The notes beneath the pieces are model-generated. The model was not told where the DNA came from, ran no database searches, and saw only the letters and a list, made by a program, of their open reading frames with translations. Made by a program: the position numbers and the translations under genes. Below are positions 44,247 to 55,459 of a DNA stretch of 64,000 nt, one piece after another; within the stretch, counting starts at the first letter, position 1; the number at the start of each line of letters is the position of its first letter. Location: NCBI GenBank assembly GCA_903832055.1, contig CAILAC010000012.1, positions 84,991-148,990 of the forward strand, read 5' to 3'. The stretch is from an uncultured Acidobacteriota bacterium. Its GTDB lineage: Bacteria; Acidobacteriota; Terriglobia; Terriglobales; Acidobacteriaceae.

Positions 44247-46016
44247 ATGTCCACCCCCATCTTTCTCAAGCAGCACGCCTACGAATCCTTTCCTCAAAAC
44301 GGCGTCGTAGCCTATTTCTCCATGGAAATTGCGATCAACCCCGGCATGCCTACTTATTCTGGCGGCCTCGGCGTGCTCGCCGGAGACACCCTTCGTTCCG
44401 CTGCCGATCTCGGCACCCCTCTGGTCGCCTTCACCCTGCTGCACCGCAAGGGCTACTTCCGCCAGCACCTTGATGCCCAGGGCAAGCAGACTGAGGACAT
44501 TCAGCCCTGGATCGTCGAAGACTACTGCACCGAAGAGGCCCCCCGCGTCACCGTAACGGTTGAAGATCGTACCGTCACCCTCCGCGCCTGGCGCTATGAC
44601 ATGGCTGGCCGCGCCGGGCACGTGATTCCCATCTACCTGCTCGACACCGACCTCCCAGAGAATTCCCCCTGGGACCGCAGCCTCACCGATCACCTCTACG
44701 GCGGCGACTCCAACTACCGCCTGCAGCAGGAGATCGTCCTCGGCATGGGTGGCGTCCGCATCCTCAACGCTCTCGGCCATCGCGTCAACGTCTATCACAT
44801 GAACGAAGGCCACGCCGCCTTCCTCACCCTTGCCCTGCTCGAAGCGCAGCTCGGCGGCGGCCCCCTCAACAAGGTCACCCCGGTCGATGTCAACGCCGTT
44901 CGCCAGAAGTGCGTCTTTACCACCCACACCCCGGTGCCGGCCGGCCATGACCGCTTCTCCATCGAGCAGTCAAACCGCATTCTCGGCTATGAGCGCACCG
45001 CTCGGCTGCAGTCCCTGGGCTGTTGTCACGAGGGCATGTTGAACATGACCTACGTCGCCCTGGTCTTCTCCCGCTACGTCAACGGCGTCGCACTGCAGCA
45101 CGGCAACGTCTCCCGCGAGATGTTCCCCGAATACAAGATCGACTCCATCACCAACGGTGTGCACGCGCCCACATGGCTCTCGCCCCAGTTTCAGGAGCTG
45201 CTCGACAAGACCATCCCCAACTGGCGTCGTGACAACCTCTACATGCGCAACGCCATCGAGATTCCCCTGCCAGACATCATCGCCGCCCACGCTCAGGCCA
45301 AGGAAACACTCCTCGCCGAAGTCGCCTCGCGCACCGGCCTGGTGCTTAATCCCAAGGTGCTCACGCTTGGCTTTGCCCGTCGCGCTGCCACCTACAAGCG
45401 CGCTGACCTGCTCTTTGCCGATCCGGAACGCCTGCTCGAAGTTGCCAAGTCCGCTGGCGGATTGCAGATTCTCTATGCCGGCAAGGCCCACCCGATGGAC
45501 GAGCCCGGCAAGGCTCTCATCCACAGCGTCATCGAAAAAGCACAGAAGTACTCCGGCGTCGACCTTCGCGTCGTCTACCTGGAGAACTACGACTGGCAGC
45601 TCGGCGCACTGCTCACCGCCGGCGTCGATGTCTGGGTCAACACCCCCAAGCGCCCCTATGAAGCCTCCGGCACCAGCGGCATGAAGGCTGCCCTCAACGG
45701 CGTCCCCAGCCTGTCGATTCTGGATGGATGGTGGATCGAAGGCTGCCTCGAACACTACACCGGCTGGGCCATTGAAGACGGCGACGACGATGCGGCCGAA
45801 GCCACCTCACTCTACGAAAAGCTCGAAAACGCCGTTGTGCCGCTCTACCTCAAGTCCCCCGAAGCCTGGGGCCACCTGATGCGCACCACCCTGGCCTACA
45901 ACGGCTCCTACTTCAACACCAATCGCATGGTCAAACAGTACATCCGCAACGCCTACTACCCCGTCTCACTCGTCACCCCCTCAGAAGTCCGCGAAACCGT
46001 CGGCGTCAACAGCTAA
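44247..46016 (+). CDS. glgP: alpha-glucan phosphorylase (GT35, short form)
   Basis: [11 protein letters not shown] near the N-terminus. PLP-Lys motif [16 protein letters not shown]. Confidence 0.88.
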   Translation: MSTPIFLKQHAYESFPQNGVVAYFSMEIAINPGMPTYSGGLGVLAGDTLRSAADLGTPLVAFTLLHRKGYFRQHLDAQGKQTEDIQPWIVEDYCTEEAPRVTVTVEDRTVTLRAWRYDMAGRAGHVIPIYLLDTDLPENSPWDRSLTDHLYGGDSNYRLQQEIVLGMGGVRILNALGHRVNVYHMNEGHAAFLTLALLEAQLGGGPLNKVTPVDVNAVRQKCVFTTHTPVPAGHDRFSIEQSNRILGYERTARLQSLGCCHEGMLNMTYVALVFSRYVNGVALQHGNVSREMFPEYKIDSITNGVHAPTWLSPQFQELLDKTIPNWRRDNLYMRNAIEIPLPDIIAAHAQAKETLLAEVASRTGLVLNPKVLTLGFARRAATYKRADLLFADPERLLEVAKSAGGLQILYAGKAHPMDEPGKALIHSVIEKAQKYSGVDLRVVYLENYDWQLGALLTAGVDVWVNTPKRPYEASGTSGMKAALNGVPSLSILDGWWIEGCLEHYTGWAIEDGDDDAAEATSLYEKLENAVVPLYLKSPEAWGHLMRTTLAYNGSYFNTNRMVKQYIRNAYYPVSLVTPSEVRETVGVNS

Positions 46017-46033
46017 ACCCCATGCATCACTCA

Positions 46034-46076
46034 AACGGCCCTGGACGCGATAGCGTTCAGGGCCGTTTTGCTTTGT
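46034..46076 (+). terminator. intrinsic terminator after glgP
   Basis: 10-bp stem AACGGCCCTG / CAGGGCCGTT (46034-46043 / 46058-46067), running into ttttgctttgtgtg. Confidence 0.65.
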
Positions 46077-46222
46077 GTGCGCCAATTGCCGAGTGCCGCA
46101 GATCTCGCTTTTGAGATGCGGGTTTTCCGGGACTCCGCACTAGGACACGCACCCCCGCCCCTTTGAGGGAGCGCAACTCAATTCTTTTGTGACCTTCTGA
46201 CGGTAATTCAAGGCAACTGGCT

Positions 46223-47959
46223 TCAACGGGCGTTGGGCAGCAGGCCCTGTTCGACGAGGACCGGTGGATGGCGGTAGTGGGTGTGCTGCTCGTAGTCGTA
46301 GGCCCAGCCGAGCAGGTCGCCGTCATGCCACCGGCGCGTGGAGAGTTCGAGGCCGAAGGGCAGGCCGCTGGGGTAGAAGCCGCCAGAGACGACCACGGCG
46401 GGGACGCCAAGGATGTTGACCCAGCTGGTTTCAGAGTGGGGTCCGCCGCTGATTTCGCCATTCTGGGGCATGGTTTCGTCGGGTGGGGGCATCTGGGCGG
46501 CGGGGTAGACGTAGCCGTCGAGGTGGAAGCGGTCGAGGGTGTCCAGGAATATCTTCATGGCAGCGGCAAGGGGCCGGGTGACGTTGGCGGCGTAGCGCGG
46601 GTCACTCTCGATGTGGGATTGCCGCTGGGCGGGGAGCTTGCGTCGGTCGCTTTGGGCTGAGGCGCCGACGATGGTGGCCGGGAGCGGCTGGCCGGTGGCC
46701 TTTTCGTACTCTTCGGGTGAGTGGTACTGGGCTGGCCCAAATTCTCTGAGGAAGTTTTCTGTGCCCTGGCGAACGTAAGGGAGTGTACCGACGCGGCTGG
46801 CTGTTTTGGCGAAGCTGTCGGGGAGGATTTGGTCGTCGAAGACGATTTCGGCACCGGCGGCGCGGAGGCCGTCGAGAGATGCGAGGAAGGCGGCGCGGGT
46901 TTCGGGCGTCAGAGGGGTGGCGGTACGGCGCTCTTCCGCCTCAGCTTGGGCTGCAGGGACGATGGCGGCGATGCCCTGGAAGGGAACATCAGTGCCGCGG
47001 AGGATGAAGGCAGGGACGCCGAAGCGCTTGCCCTGGAGTGCGCCGGGCTTGAGGTACTGCGTGTAGGGGCCGGGCTGGGCGTGAGTGGGGGCCTCGGCGG
47101 TGCGGGGATCGAGAGGGTCGGGGGTCGGTTTGCCGTCCAGATTGATGCCAGCCATGACGTCAAGCGCCGCGACGGCATCGGGGACGTTGCGGGCGATGGG
47201 GCCGGTGTTGTCGAGGAGCCAGTCGAGCGGGGCGATGCCGGCGATGGAGACTAATCCTCGGGTCGGAAAAACGCCGACGACGGCCGAGGTGGCAGCGGGC
47301 ATGCGGATGGAGTTGCCGGTATCAGTCCCAGTGCCGAGAACGGCCATATTGCTCGTGACGGCGGTGACGGTGCCTCCGCTGGAGCCGCCGGGCGAGAAGC
47401 GGACATCGTAGGCGTTGCCAGTGCGGCCAAAGGAACTGGAGCGGTTGGTGTCGCTGGCGGCGAAGTCGGGCATGTTGGTGTGGCCGATGAGGATGGCTCC
47501 GGCAGCGCGGAGTCGGGCGGCGACGGTCGCGTCTCTGGGGGCGATGAGTTCGTGGCCGGGAAGGGTGTAGCCATGCCAGCCGTCAGTGGTGACCAGGCCC
47601 TGGATGCTGGTGTTTGCCTTGATGACAATCGGGATGCCCCACAGGGGACCAACGCGCTGATCTTCAGGCGCGGCGTCGTCTTTGGCGGCCTGGGCGAGGG
47701 CTTCTTTTTCGAGGATTTGTTCTATAGGGCGGTAGATGCCGTTGTACTTGTGGATGCGCGCGAGGTGCCACTGGACGACCTGGGTGACGGTGTATTTGTG
47801 GCTGGCGTAGAAGGCGTGGATCTGGGGGATGGTGGCTTCGAAGAGGTCTTTGTCGATGACGGCATTGGGGTCGGGCGCGGGAGATTGGGCGATAGCGGGA
47901 AGGGCGAGGGCGGGGATTGCGAGGGCGAGGGAAAGGCAGAGGGCTGCACGTTTCGGCAT
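46223..47959 (-). CDS. secreted amidase (amidase-signature family)
   Basis: Signal peptide MPKRAALCLSLALAIPALALPAIAQ. Signature block GGSSGGTVTAVTSNMAVLGTGTDTGNSIRMPA. Confidence 0.88.
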   Translation of the reverse strand: MPKRAALCLSLALAIPALALPAIAQSPAPDPNAVIDKDLFEATIPQIHAFYASHKYTVTQVVQWHLARIHKYNGIYRPIEQILEKEALAQAAKDDAAPEDQRVGPLWGIPIVIKANTSIQGLVTTDGWHGYTLPGHELIAPRDATVAARLRAAGAILIGHTNMPDFAASDTNRSSSFGRTGNAYDVRFSPGGSSGGTVTAVTSNMAVLGTGTDTGNSIRMPAATSAVVGVFPTRGLVSIAGIAPLDWLLDNTGPIARNVPDAVAALDVMAGINLDGKPTPDPLDPRTAEAPTHAQPGPYTQYLKPGALQGKRFGVPAFILRGTDVPFQGIAAIVPAAQAEAEERRTATPLTPETRAAFLASLDGLRAAGAEIVFDDQILPDSFAKTASRVGTLPYVRQGTENFLREFGPAQYHSPEEYEKATGQPLPATIVGASAQSDRRKLPAQRQSHIESDPRYAANVTRPLAAAMKIFLDTLDRFHLDGYVYPAAQMPPPDETMPQNGEISGGPHSETSWVNILGVPAVVVSGGFYPSGLPFGLELSTRRWHDGDLLGWAYDYEQHTHYRHPPVLVEQGLLPNAR

Positions 47960-48047
47960 GACTCATCTTCGCATTTCTTGGGATTTTGGCGAAGGAGTAG
48001 GCCAGGGGCTGCCCGCTCCTTTTGGATTTTCTGGGGTATGAAGTTGG

Positions 48048-49268
48048 CTAGAAGCTGGCGGCCATTTGAATGGGGGCAGGGAGGATTTGCTGGTAGCCGT
48101 GGTAGACGTCTTCGAAGACGGAATCCCACGAAGCGGTGAGTGCGTAGGATCTTGCAGCTTTGCGCATCTCTGCGTGGCGAGCGGGATTGGCAATGAGGCT
48201 GGCGATGGCGTTGGTGAAATCTTCGTCGGAGACGATGCGGCCGGTTCGGTCGTCTTCAACGATGTAGCGGGGGCCACCGTCGGGGGTCACGATGGCGGGG
48301 ACGCCGCTGGCGAGGGCCTCGAGGACGACGTTGCCAAAAGTGTCGGTGTGGGATGGGAAGACGAAGAGGTCCATAGAGGCGTAGGCGCGAGCGAGGTCAT
48401 CGCCGCGGAGGACGCCGGCGAACTCGGCATTGGGAAGGCGTTCGCGGAGCCAGGCCTCTTCAGCACCGTGGCCGATGATGAGAAAGCGGAAGTTGGTGTG
48501 GCCGAGGGCGAGGAGTTCGTCGTGGATGGTGGCGAGAAGGGTGACATTTTTCTCAACCGAGAGGCGGCCGACGAAGCCGAGGACGCATGTGGAGTCGTCG
48601 GAATCGGGGTCAGCGCGCTGGCGGCGGCTGGGCTTGAAGAGTTCAGTATCGACGCCGCGGGGCATGCGGTAGCAGGGGCGGCCGGTACTGGCCTCGAGGA
48701 GCTGGCATAGTTCAAGGTTGGGGGCAAAGAGAACTTTGGCGATGGAGTAGAAACGGGCGGCGGCGGCCATGGTGAGGTCTTCGATGACCTTGCCGGTGGA
48801 GAGGGAGTGGCGTTCAGGGAGGAGCTTGAGGAGCCAGTCTGAGCGGCGGGCGAGGTATTCGTGGACGTTGGTGTGCCAGGAGGCGGCGAGGGGCAGGCCG
48901 AAGTGGTGGGCAAGGCCCGCGCCGACCATGCCTACCTCGCTGGGTCCGGTGATGTGGATGAGGTCGGGCTGGAACTGCTCAAGAACCTCGCCAATGATGG
49001 GGATGTGGCGGGGAAAGGCGGGGTCGAAGCGGAGGTCCTTTTCGAGGGCGAAAGAGAAGATGCCGCGCGGGAGTTCCAGAGTCCAGACGCTTCCTTCCTG
49101 GCGGAAGGCGGGTTCACCGGAATCGGTTCTGTCACCGGCGCGGACGCAGAGGAAAGGCAGGCCGCTGCGCCGGGCGTAGGACTCAAAGTGCCTGCTGGTG
49201 TGCGCTACTCCGTTGACCTCGTGAAAGGAGTCAGGGAAGTACGCTACTCGAGGTTGCTCAGACTGCAT
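48048..49268 (-). CDS. glycosyltransferase family 4 (GT-B)
   Basis: ATG 49268 (MQSEQPRVAYFPDSFHEVNGVAHTS). C-terminal E-x7-E-type region VFPSHTDTFGNVVLEALASGVPAIV. Confidence 0.85.
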   Translation of the reverse strand: MQSEQPRVAYFPDSFHEVNGVAHTSRHFESYARRSGLPFLCVRAGDRTDSGEPAFRQEGSVWTLELPRGIFSFALEKDLRFDPAFPRHIPIIGEVLEQFQPDLIHITGPSEVGMVGAGLAHHFGLPLAASWHTNVHEYLARRSDWLLKLLPERHSLSTGKVIEDLTMAAAARFYSIAKVLFAPNLELCQLLEASTGRPCYRMPRGVDTELFKPSRRQRADPDSDDSTCVLGFVGRLSVEKNVTLLATIHDELLALGHTNFRFLIIGHGAEEAWLRERLPNAEFAGVLRGDDLARAYASMDLFVFPSHTDTFGNVVLEALASGVPAIVTPDGGPRYIVEDDRTGRIVSDEDFTNAIASLIANPARHAEMRKAARSYALTASWDSVFEDVYHGYQQILPAPIQMAASF

Positions 49269-49322
49269 ACAGGTATTGTGACGCCTCGGCTTGGACGAAG
49301 GATTCAAAAGACCGGGATGCGC

Positions 49323-50498
49323 CTAGTACGCTTCCTGATCTTCAAGTCCAAAGCGCAGTTGCTGAGAATCGCTCCATGCGTAGCGAAGGCTTCGGGAGAA
49401 GGGCGTCGTGCCGAGCAGGCGAGCCATGGAAATGACTGCCTGAATGGCCTTGGGTGCGTGGCCCTTGGGCCAGATTTCGCTGAGGGGGCGGACGATTCCG
49501 TTGGCGTCCTGGTGGTAAGCGCGCTCGTCCCAGGTGCGGGAGCCTTGCGGGAAGTCGGGGTAGTCACGAATGGCGTCCATCGTGGACTGGAGGATGCGGT
49601 GCTTCCAGGGCTCAGCGTACTGGGGCATGAAGAGAAGGTCGCTGCGGCGCTCCTTGCGGACTTCATGCACGAATTCATTGAAGCTGGTGGCGTTGGTGAG
49701 GTTGATGTTGGCATTGGGCTCGACGCCGTGACGGTCGCCGCCCGAGATGAGGAGCATGTTCCAGCGCTCGGCGAGGCGGCGGACGGCGCGATTTTCTTCC
49801 CAGTCGCGCAGGCCGTTCAGTTCAAGAGCGTGGAAATGGGCACCGTTTTTCTCGAGAAACTCGTTGACGAGGAAATCGTGTTTTTCCTGGCCGATCATGT
49901 AGAGGTCCCAGAGTGGGTGGTTGAAGATGATCAGAACATTGGGCTCGGCATTGAGGGCGATGAGGATTTCGGTGAGCCGGGCGTCAGAGGGATTGGCGGT
50001 AAAGGCTGCCAGATCTTCCATCCACTGGATGGCGCGCGCGCTGGGCAAGTTATGGATGCCGAGATGAAAGTACTGCTTGGAGTTATGTTCGCCGGCGTAG
50101 GGAGCGGTCCATTCTACGGAGACGGGGGTGTGGCGGGCAGAGGGGATGGCGCGCAGTTTGAGGGGCGCCTGGATGTTGTCGTGATCGGAGACTGAGACGA
50201 AGGGGATGAGGTCGAGCTTCTCGATTTGATTGCATTCGAGATCGTAGGCCAGCTTGGGGGTGAGGGGCGGGGTCCAGTAGCTGGTGTTCCAGTTGATCTC
50301 GATGCCGTGCTTTTCCTGGGAGCGACGCTCAAGGCGCTGGATAAGGGGACGGGCGATGGCGAACTGCGCTCCCCAATTGGCCACGAAGTCCAGGGTTTCC
50401 TGGGATTGATTGGTGTGGCTGTGGAGAGAGACTCCGCTTTGAAAACCGCGCGCCGCTGCTGGGTCGCGCCACAGGTACGAGATCGTAGAAGTGGGCAT
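49323..50498 (-). CDS. PHP-like metal-dependent hydrolase fold protein (hypothetical)
   Basis: ATG 50498. His/Asp-rich motifs spaced as in PHP domains: VSLHSHTNQS, SVSDHDN, FNHPLWD, ISGGDRHG. The assignment is tentative. Confidence 0.55.
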   Translation of the reverse strand: MPTSTISYLWRDPAAARGFQSGVSLHSHTNQSQETLDFVANWGAQFAIARPLIQRLERRSQEKHGIEINWNTSYWTPPLTPKLAYDLECNQIEKLDLIPFVSVSDHDNIQAPLKLRAIPSARHTPVSVEWTAPYAGEHNSKQYFHLGIHNLPSARAIQWMEDLAAFTANPSDARLTEILIALNAEPNVLIIFNHPLWDLYMIGQEKHDFLVNEFLEKNGAHFHALELNGLRDWEENRAVRRLAERWNMLLISGGDRHGVEPNANINLTNATSFNEFVHEVRKERRSDLLFMPQYAEPWKHRILQSTMDAIRDYPDFPQGSRTWDERAYHQDANGIVRPLSEIWPKGHAPKAIQAVISMARLLGTTPFSRSLRYAWSDSQQLRFGLEDQEAY

Positions 50499-50721
50499 GT
50501 GTGCTCCTGTCCGGTCGCTGCTGAGTGTTCTTACGAACAAGTATGCCTCGTAAACGGTGAATACCTGGTGAAAAGGGCGAGAATGTGCGTTCAAAAACTG
50601 GCCTTCGAATAGCCGGGAATCAAACCAGTACTGGTTCGAAGCTCATGGGCGCGACGAATCGCGACGCCCTCTGAGTTAGACGCTTGAGGGAGCCTGGGGA
50701 TAGTAAGTCCAGGGTAATCAG

Positions 50722-51780
50722 CTACAGAGTGCGGGCAAACTCCGGACCGAGGAGGTCTTCAAGGCTTGGCGCATGGGGTGCGCCGCTGGAGGGATGGTGC
50801 TCCTGATGGGCCTCAAAATTGAGATGGTGGGTGGTGAGTCCTTCGCGAAGGATCTCAAAAGCCTCCTCCGGAGTGTCAGCGAACTTGAACAAGTCAACAT
50901 CCTTGGGTGAGATGGCGCCCGTATTGACCAGCCACTCGAAGTTGAAGACCTTATTCCAATACTCCGTGCCATAGACCACGACCGTGATGTTCTTAGCCAG
51001 TTTGTGAGTCTGGACGAGGGTAAGTACCTCGAACATCTCATCGATGGTGCCGAAGCCGCCGGGAAAGATGACCAGTGCCTTGGCAAGATAGGCAAACCAG
51101 AGCTTGCGCATGAAGAAGTAGTGGAACTCGAAGTTGAGTGCCGGGGTGATGTAGGGGTTGGGGCGCTGTTCAAAGGGCAGGCGGATGTTGAGGCCGATGG
51201 TTTTGCCTCCTGCCTCCATGGCCCCGCGATTGGCAGCTTCCATGATGCCGGGTCCACCGCCCGAGGTGACGACGAAGCGATGACGGCCAGAGGTGGGCGA
51301 AATGGTCGAGGCCCATGTGGTGACCAACGAGGCGAGGCGGCGTGCGTCTTCGTAGTAGCTGGCCATTTCAACCGCAGCGACGGCGCGGCGGCGGCTGAGA
51401 TCGCTGGCGGTGCCCTCGAGGATTTCGGGGATGCTTGCGGGCTGCTCGCTTTTGGGGGCGGGGGCCATGGAGCCGGTGTTGTTGAGCAGTTCGAGAGCGC
51501 GGTCGGCTTCTTCTCTGCCGTGGAAGCGAGCGGAGCCGAAGAAGACGACAGTGTCCTGGATGCGCTCACGACGGAACCTGGCCAGAGGCTCAGTGTACTC
51601 AGCGAGAATGCGAATGATGCGACCGTCAGGACCGTTCAGAAACGCCGGGTTCTCATAGGCCAAGGGGGCGCGATCAAGAGCGGGCAGCTCCACCGGAATC
51701 TGGGCTGAGGTGTTCATTTCCGGTTGAGGAGAAGGTTGCTCCCCGTGCTGGTGCGATAAGGGGCGATCAGGATTGCTCAT
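50722..51780 (-). CDS. LOG / TIGR00730 family nucleotide 5'-monophosphate nucleosidase-like protein
   Basis: ATG 51780. Motifs VVFFGSARF, VVTSGGGPGIMEAANRGA, PGGFGTIDEMFE. It has N- and C-terminal extensions. Confidence 0.85.
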   Translation of the reverse strand: MSNPDRPLSHQHGEQPSPQPEMNTSAQIPVELPALDRAPLAYENPAFLNGPDGRIIRILAEYTEPLARFRRERIQDTVVFFGSARFHGREEADRALELLNNTGSMAPAPKSEQPASIPEILEGTASDLSRRRAVAAVEMASYYEDARRLASLVTTWASTISPTSGRHRFVVTSGGGPGIMEAANRGAMEAGGKTIGLNIRLPFEQRPNPYITPALNFEFHYFFMRKLWFAYLAKALVIFPGGFGTIDEMFEVLTLVQTHKLAKNITVVVYGTEYWNKVFNFEWLVNTGAISPKDVDLFKFADTPEEAFEILREGLTTHHLNFEAHQEHHPSSGAPHAPSLEDLLGPEFARTL

Positions 51781-51911
51781 CGTGTCTCTCGAATGGTGGC
51801 CGTGGTCTGTGCATGGGCAAGTGCTGCATCTCCGCATGCCTGAGCCCTGAGTGTAATGGCTGGGATCGGTAGTCCCAGGGAGAATCATGAAAAAAGAGTT
51901 TGAAGAACGGT

Positions 51912-52265
51912 CTAACGCTGATACGGATCAGAGGATGGTCGCAGAACTTCGTGCAGGGCGATCCAGAGATTGAGCAAGCCGAGGCCGCTGACGATGCCGC
52001 GAACGGCGCCATTGGCGACCAACCCGGAGAGGGTGGGGGACTGGGAGAAGAGAGGGTTGTTGTCCCAGGCGGGCGGGTACCACGGGGCGAAACAGACGAC
52101 CAGGCCCAGATAAAGGCGGACAATGACGCGCAGAAAGCGTTCTGCCTGTTGCAGCCAATAGGGGATGCGCTGGGGCGGATAAGGCGAGGGCGCGACGAGG
52201 TTTCCCTGACTGGCAGAGGTTGGGGTGGATGTACCGGAGGTTTCGGGTTGGCTGGCTTGAGACAT
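51912..52265 (-). CDS. hypothetical small membrane protein
   Basis: ATG 52265. Two hydrophobic helices (LRVIVRLYLGLVVCFAPW; VRGIVSGLGLLNLWIAL). Co-oriented between typA and the LOG gene. Confidence 0.4.
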   Translation of the reverse strand: MSQASQPETSGTSTPTSASQGNLVAPSPYPPQRIPYWLQQAERFLRVIVRLYLGLVVCFAPWYPPAWDNNPLFSQSPTLSGLVANGAVRGIVSGLGLLNLWIALHEVLRPSSDPYQR

Positions 52266-52425
52266 GAGGAAGTTGATTAAGAGACCTGCCACCAAACGCG
52301 GGGCACCCTATAGGAACGGTACCATAGCTCTCACAATTGGACTGCCCTTGCAACAATCCGGCAGGGTGGCTTGTTCAACGCCCTGCCGGATTTTATATGC
52401 GAGGTTGTTTGCTGCCCTGCGGCGA

Positions 52426-54243
52426 TTACTCGCTGCCACCCTTGCGGGTCTTGGGGCGCTGGTTCGCCTGGAGGATCTTCTTCCGCAGGCGGAGGGATTT
52501 GGGGGTGACTTCGACGAGTTCGTCTTCGGCGATGAACTCGATGGCCTGCTCCAGATTCATGAGGCGGGCTGGGGCGAGGCGCAGGGCTTCGTCGGAGGAG
52601 GAGGCGCGCATGTTGGTCAGCTTCTTTTCGCGGACGGCGTTGACGTCGAGATCGTTGTCACGCGAGTGCTCACCGATGATCATGCCTTCGTAGACTTCAA
52701 CGCCGCTGCTGACGAGCAGAACGCCACGATCCTGCATGCCAAAGAGCGCGTAGGTGGTGGTGGTTCCGGTGCGGTCGCTGATGAGCGCGCCGGAGAGGCG
52801 CTGGGGGATTTCGCCCTGGTAGGGCATGTAGCCGTCGAAGAGGGTATTCATGACGATGGTGCCGCGGGTTTCGGTGAGCATTTCTGACCGAAGTCCGATG
52901 ATGCCGCGCGAGGGGACGCGGAACTCCATGCGCACGCGGCCAGAGCCGTGGTTGTGCATTTTGGTCATTTCGCCCTTGCGGGGTCCGAGCTTTTCGATGA
53001 CCACGCCGGTGAACTCTTCGGGAACGTCGATGGTGAGGTGCTCGACGGGCTCCATCTTGACGCCGTCGACGGTCTTGACGACGATTTCGGGGCGCCCGAC
53101 CATGAGTTCAAAGCCTTCGCGACGCATCATTTCGATGAGCACGCCGAGCTGCATTTCGCCGCGGCCGAGGACCTTGAAGCTGTCAGGGCTGCCGGTTTCT
53201 TCAACGCGGATGGAGACGTTGGTGAGCAATTCGCGATCGAGGCGCTCACGGAGGTTACGGCTGGTGACGAACTTGCCTTCCTTGCCGCAGAAGGGCGAGT
53301 TGTTCACCGAGAACTGGATGGCGATGGTGGGCTCGTCGATGACGATGAGCGGCAGCGGCATGGGGTTTTCGACGCTGGTGAGGGTTTCGCCGATCGTGAT
53401 GCCTTCAACGCCGGCGATGGCGACGATATCGCCGATCTCGGTTTCGGTGGTCTCGGTGCGTTTGAGGCCGGCGAAGGTGAAGAGCTTGGTGATCTTGACC
53501 TTTTGCAGCGAGAGGTCACGGCGCGAGAGCATGACTTCGTCGCCAACGTGCAGGGTGCCCTGGAAGACACGGGCGATGGCGATGCGGCCGAAGTATTCAG
53601 AGTAGTCAAGGTTGGTGACGAGGATCTGCAGCGGGGCTTCAGGATCGCCGACGGCGGCAGGAATCGTGTCAACGATGGCCTTGAAGAGCGGCTGAAGATC
53701 GGTGCCAACGACGGCCATGTCTGTCGTTGCGGTACCGTTCTTGGCAACGCAGTAGAGGACGGGGAAATCGAGTTGGTCTTCTTCGGCATCGAGGTCGATG
53801 AAGAGGTCGTAGATTTCGTTCAGCACTTCCTGGACGCGGGCGTCGGGGCGGTCAATCTTGTTGATGACGACCATGGGCTTGAGGCCGGCCGCGAGGGCCT
53901 TGGCGAGCACGTAGCGGGTCTGAGGCAGGGGACCCTCGGCAGCGTCAACGAGGAGCATGACGCCATCGACCATCTTGAGACCGCGCTCGACTTCACCGCC
54001 GAAATCAGCGTGGCCCGGCGTGTCAATGATGTTGATCTTGCCGCCCTCGAAGAAGATGGCTGTGTTTTTGGCGAGAATGGTGATGCCGCGCTCGCGCTCG
54101 AGGTCGTTGGAATCCATGACGCGCTCGGCGACCGCTTCATTGGCGCGGAAGGTGCCGGACTGACGCAGCATGGCGTCAACGAGGGTGGTCTTGCCGTGAT
54201 CTACGTGGGCGATGATGGCGATGTTGCGGATGGTCTGGCTCAC
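52426..54243 (-). CDS. typA: translational GTPase TypA/BipA
   Basis: GTG 54243 gives [23 protein letters not shown] (G1). [12 protein letters not shown] (G3), NKIDR (G4). EF-G-like domains through to the C-terminus. Confidence 0.95.
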   Translation of the reverse strand: MSQTIRNIAIIAHVDHGKTTLVDAMLRQSGTFRANEAVAERVMDSNDLERERGITILAKNTAIFFEGGKINIIDTPGHADFGGEVERGLKMVDGVMLLVDAAEGPLPQTRYVLAKALAAGLKPMVVINKIDRPDARVQEVLNEIYDLFIDLDAEEDQLDFPVLYCVAKNGTATTDMAVVGTDLQPLFKAIVDTIPAAVGDPEAPLQILVTNLDYSEYFGRIAIARVFQGTLHVGDEVMLSRRDLSLQKVKITKLFTFAGLKRTETTETEIGDIVAIAGVEGITIGETLTSVENPMPLPLIVIDEPTIAIQFSVNNSPFCGKEGKFVTSRNLRERLDRELLTNVSIRVEETGSPDSFKVLGRGEMQLGVLIEMMRREGFELMVGRPEIVVKTVDGVKMEPVEHLTIDVPEEFTGVVIEKLGPRKGEMTKMHNHGSGRVRMEFRVPSRGIIGLRSEMLTETRGTIVMNTLFDGYMPYQGEIPQRLSGALISDRTGTTTTYALFGMQDRGVLLVSSGVEVYEGMIIGEHSRDNDLDVNAVREKKLTNMRASSSDEALRLAPARLMNLEQAIEFIAEDELVEVTPKSLRLRKKILQANQRPKTRKGGSE

Positions 54244-54601
54244 AGGGGTAACTGTTCCTTTGCTTCTTTTCTGGGGAGACGGCAAGCAGATTGAACTGCT
54301 GGTACGCGCCTCGTTTCACACTTAGGTTTGCTGCTCTGGCCGATTTGGCAGGCGTTGCAGCTGGGCTGGCATAAGAGCCTGATCGCGGCCGGAAGAGCAG
54401 GCACGGCCGATGCTGATACGTCGCCCAGGGCGGTCGCTCTCTGCACAATCGTCCCGATGCGCATTCATAGCGCGTTCATAACGGAGGAACGGAGAGCAGC
54501 CGCACAATGCGGCTTTGTATAGTCTAGCAGGTGCGGTGATTCGGGGTTTTCCGGGGTTACAGAAATGTCACTTTCCGCCATTTTTTGGGCAGGACAGAGT
54601 C

Positions 54602-55393
54602 TTAAGCGCCGCGGGCATAGAGGAGTTTGTTGAGGAAGACTCGTGGGGTCTGGCGGCGAATTTCACCGGTGTTGAGCCAGTGAGCGCAGTCAAAGTGGCG
54701 CAGGGAACGGCGGAACATCATCGCTCCGTTGATGACGTAGTTCGGCACCTGGATGGCGCAATCGATGCCGGGGAGTTTGCGCTCGCTGATGAGGAGCTTG
54801 CGCTCAAAGGGAAGCTCGGCGAATCGAGTGATATGCGCAGGCTGGGCGCCATCTTTGTCGATGGTGAACTTGACCACGAGCCGGTCGAGGTTCAGATTCT
54901 GGCAGCCTGCCTCCCACGATTCGCGGGATTCTTCTTCTGTGTTGTAGTGGAGAAAATGGATTTCAACCTCGTCGCGGAGGACTGCCATTGGCCACTTTTG
55001 GCGGCGGTTTCGCAGGCGATTGACGCTGGGGTGGCGCGAGGTCTGGATGAATCGCAGGGGCGAACTGAGATAGCCGGGGAGGTCGCCGAGAAAGCGCAGG
55101 AAGCATTCTGCGTGCATGCCTGAGCCTGCCAGCGGGGTCTTGCAGGGCAGACCCCACTCCTGGTAGAGCGCCTGGCCCCAGCAGTCGTTGGAGATCACGG
55201 AAAAGTCGGCGGATTCAAGTCCATAGCGATTGATGCCTGCGCCGACCTGGTTGCGGAGGCTCTTGAGAATGGTGGGCAGGGCCTTTGACGCCGGGCGCAG
55301 CTTTTTGGCGGAGACATCGACAGCCTGCGGCAGGGATGCTGCCTGCTGGATGCGATTGCGAGTCGGTGCAAATGCTGCCTGGTCAGTCGCCAT
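54602..55393 (-). CDS. DUF1919 domain protein
   Basis: The core FSVISNDCWGQALYQEWGLPCKTPLAGSGM...FLRFLGDLPGYL matches the DUF1919 pattern seen in exopolysaccharide loci. Confidence 0.7.
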   Translation of the reverse strand: MATDQAAFAPTRNRIQQAASLPQAVDVSAKKLRPASKALPTILKSLRNQVGAGINRYGLESADFSVISNDCWGQALYQEWGLPCKTPLAGSGMHAECFLRFLGDLPGYLSSPLRFIQTSRHPSVNRLRNRRQKWPMAVLRDEVEIHFLHYNTEEESRESWEAGCQNLNLDRLVVKFTIDKDGAQPAHITRFAELPFERKLLISERKLPGIDCAIQVPNYVINGAMMFRRSLRHFDCAHWLNTGEIRRQTPRVFLNKLLYARGA

Positions 55394-55459
55394 CGTGGTT
55401 TCCCCGTTTCATGGGAGTTGAAAGCAATGAATTCGGCATCGGCTGGTTCACTCGATGCG

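Noticed and set aside
52948-54294. A 448-aa plus-strand ORF. Similar long antisense ORFs occur at 15723-16364, 16392-17333, 44181-44948, 44970-45755, 48861-50195, 57472-58461, 36474-37151 and 37170-37883
   Set aside because: All overlap, on the opposite strand, genes with unambiguous family motifs (typA, thrS, glgP, GT4/PHP, PBP-like, deaminase). Their products are Gly/Asp/Val/Ala-rich mirror translations.
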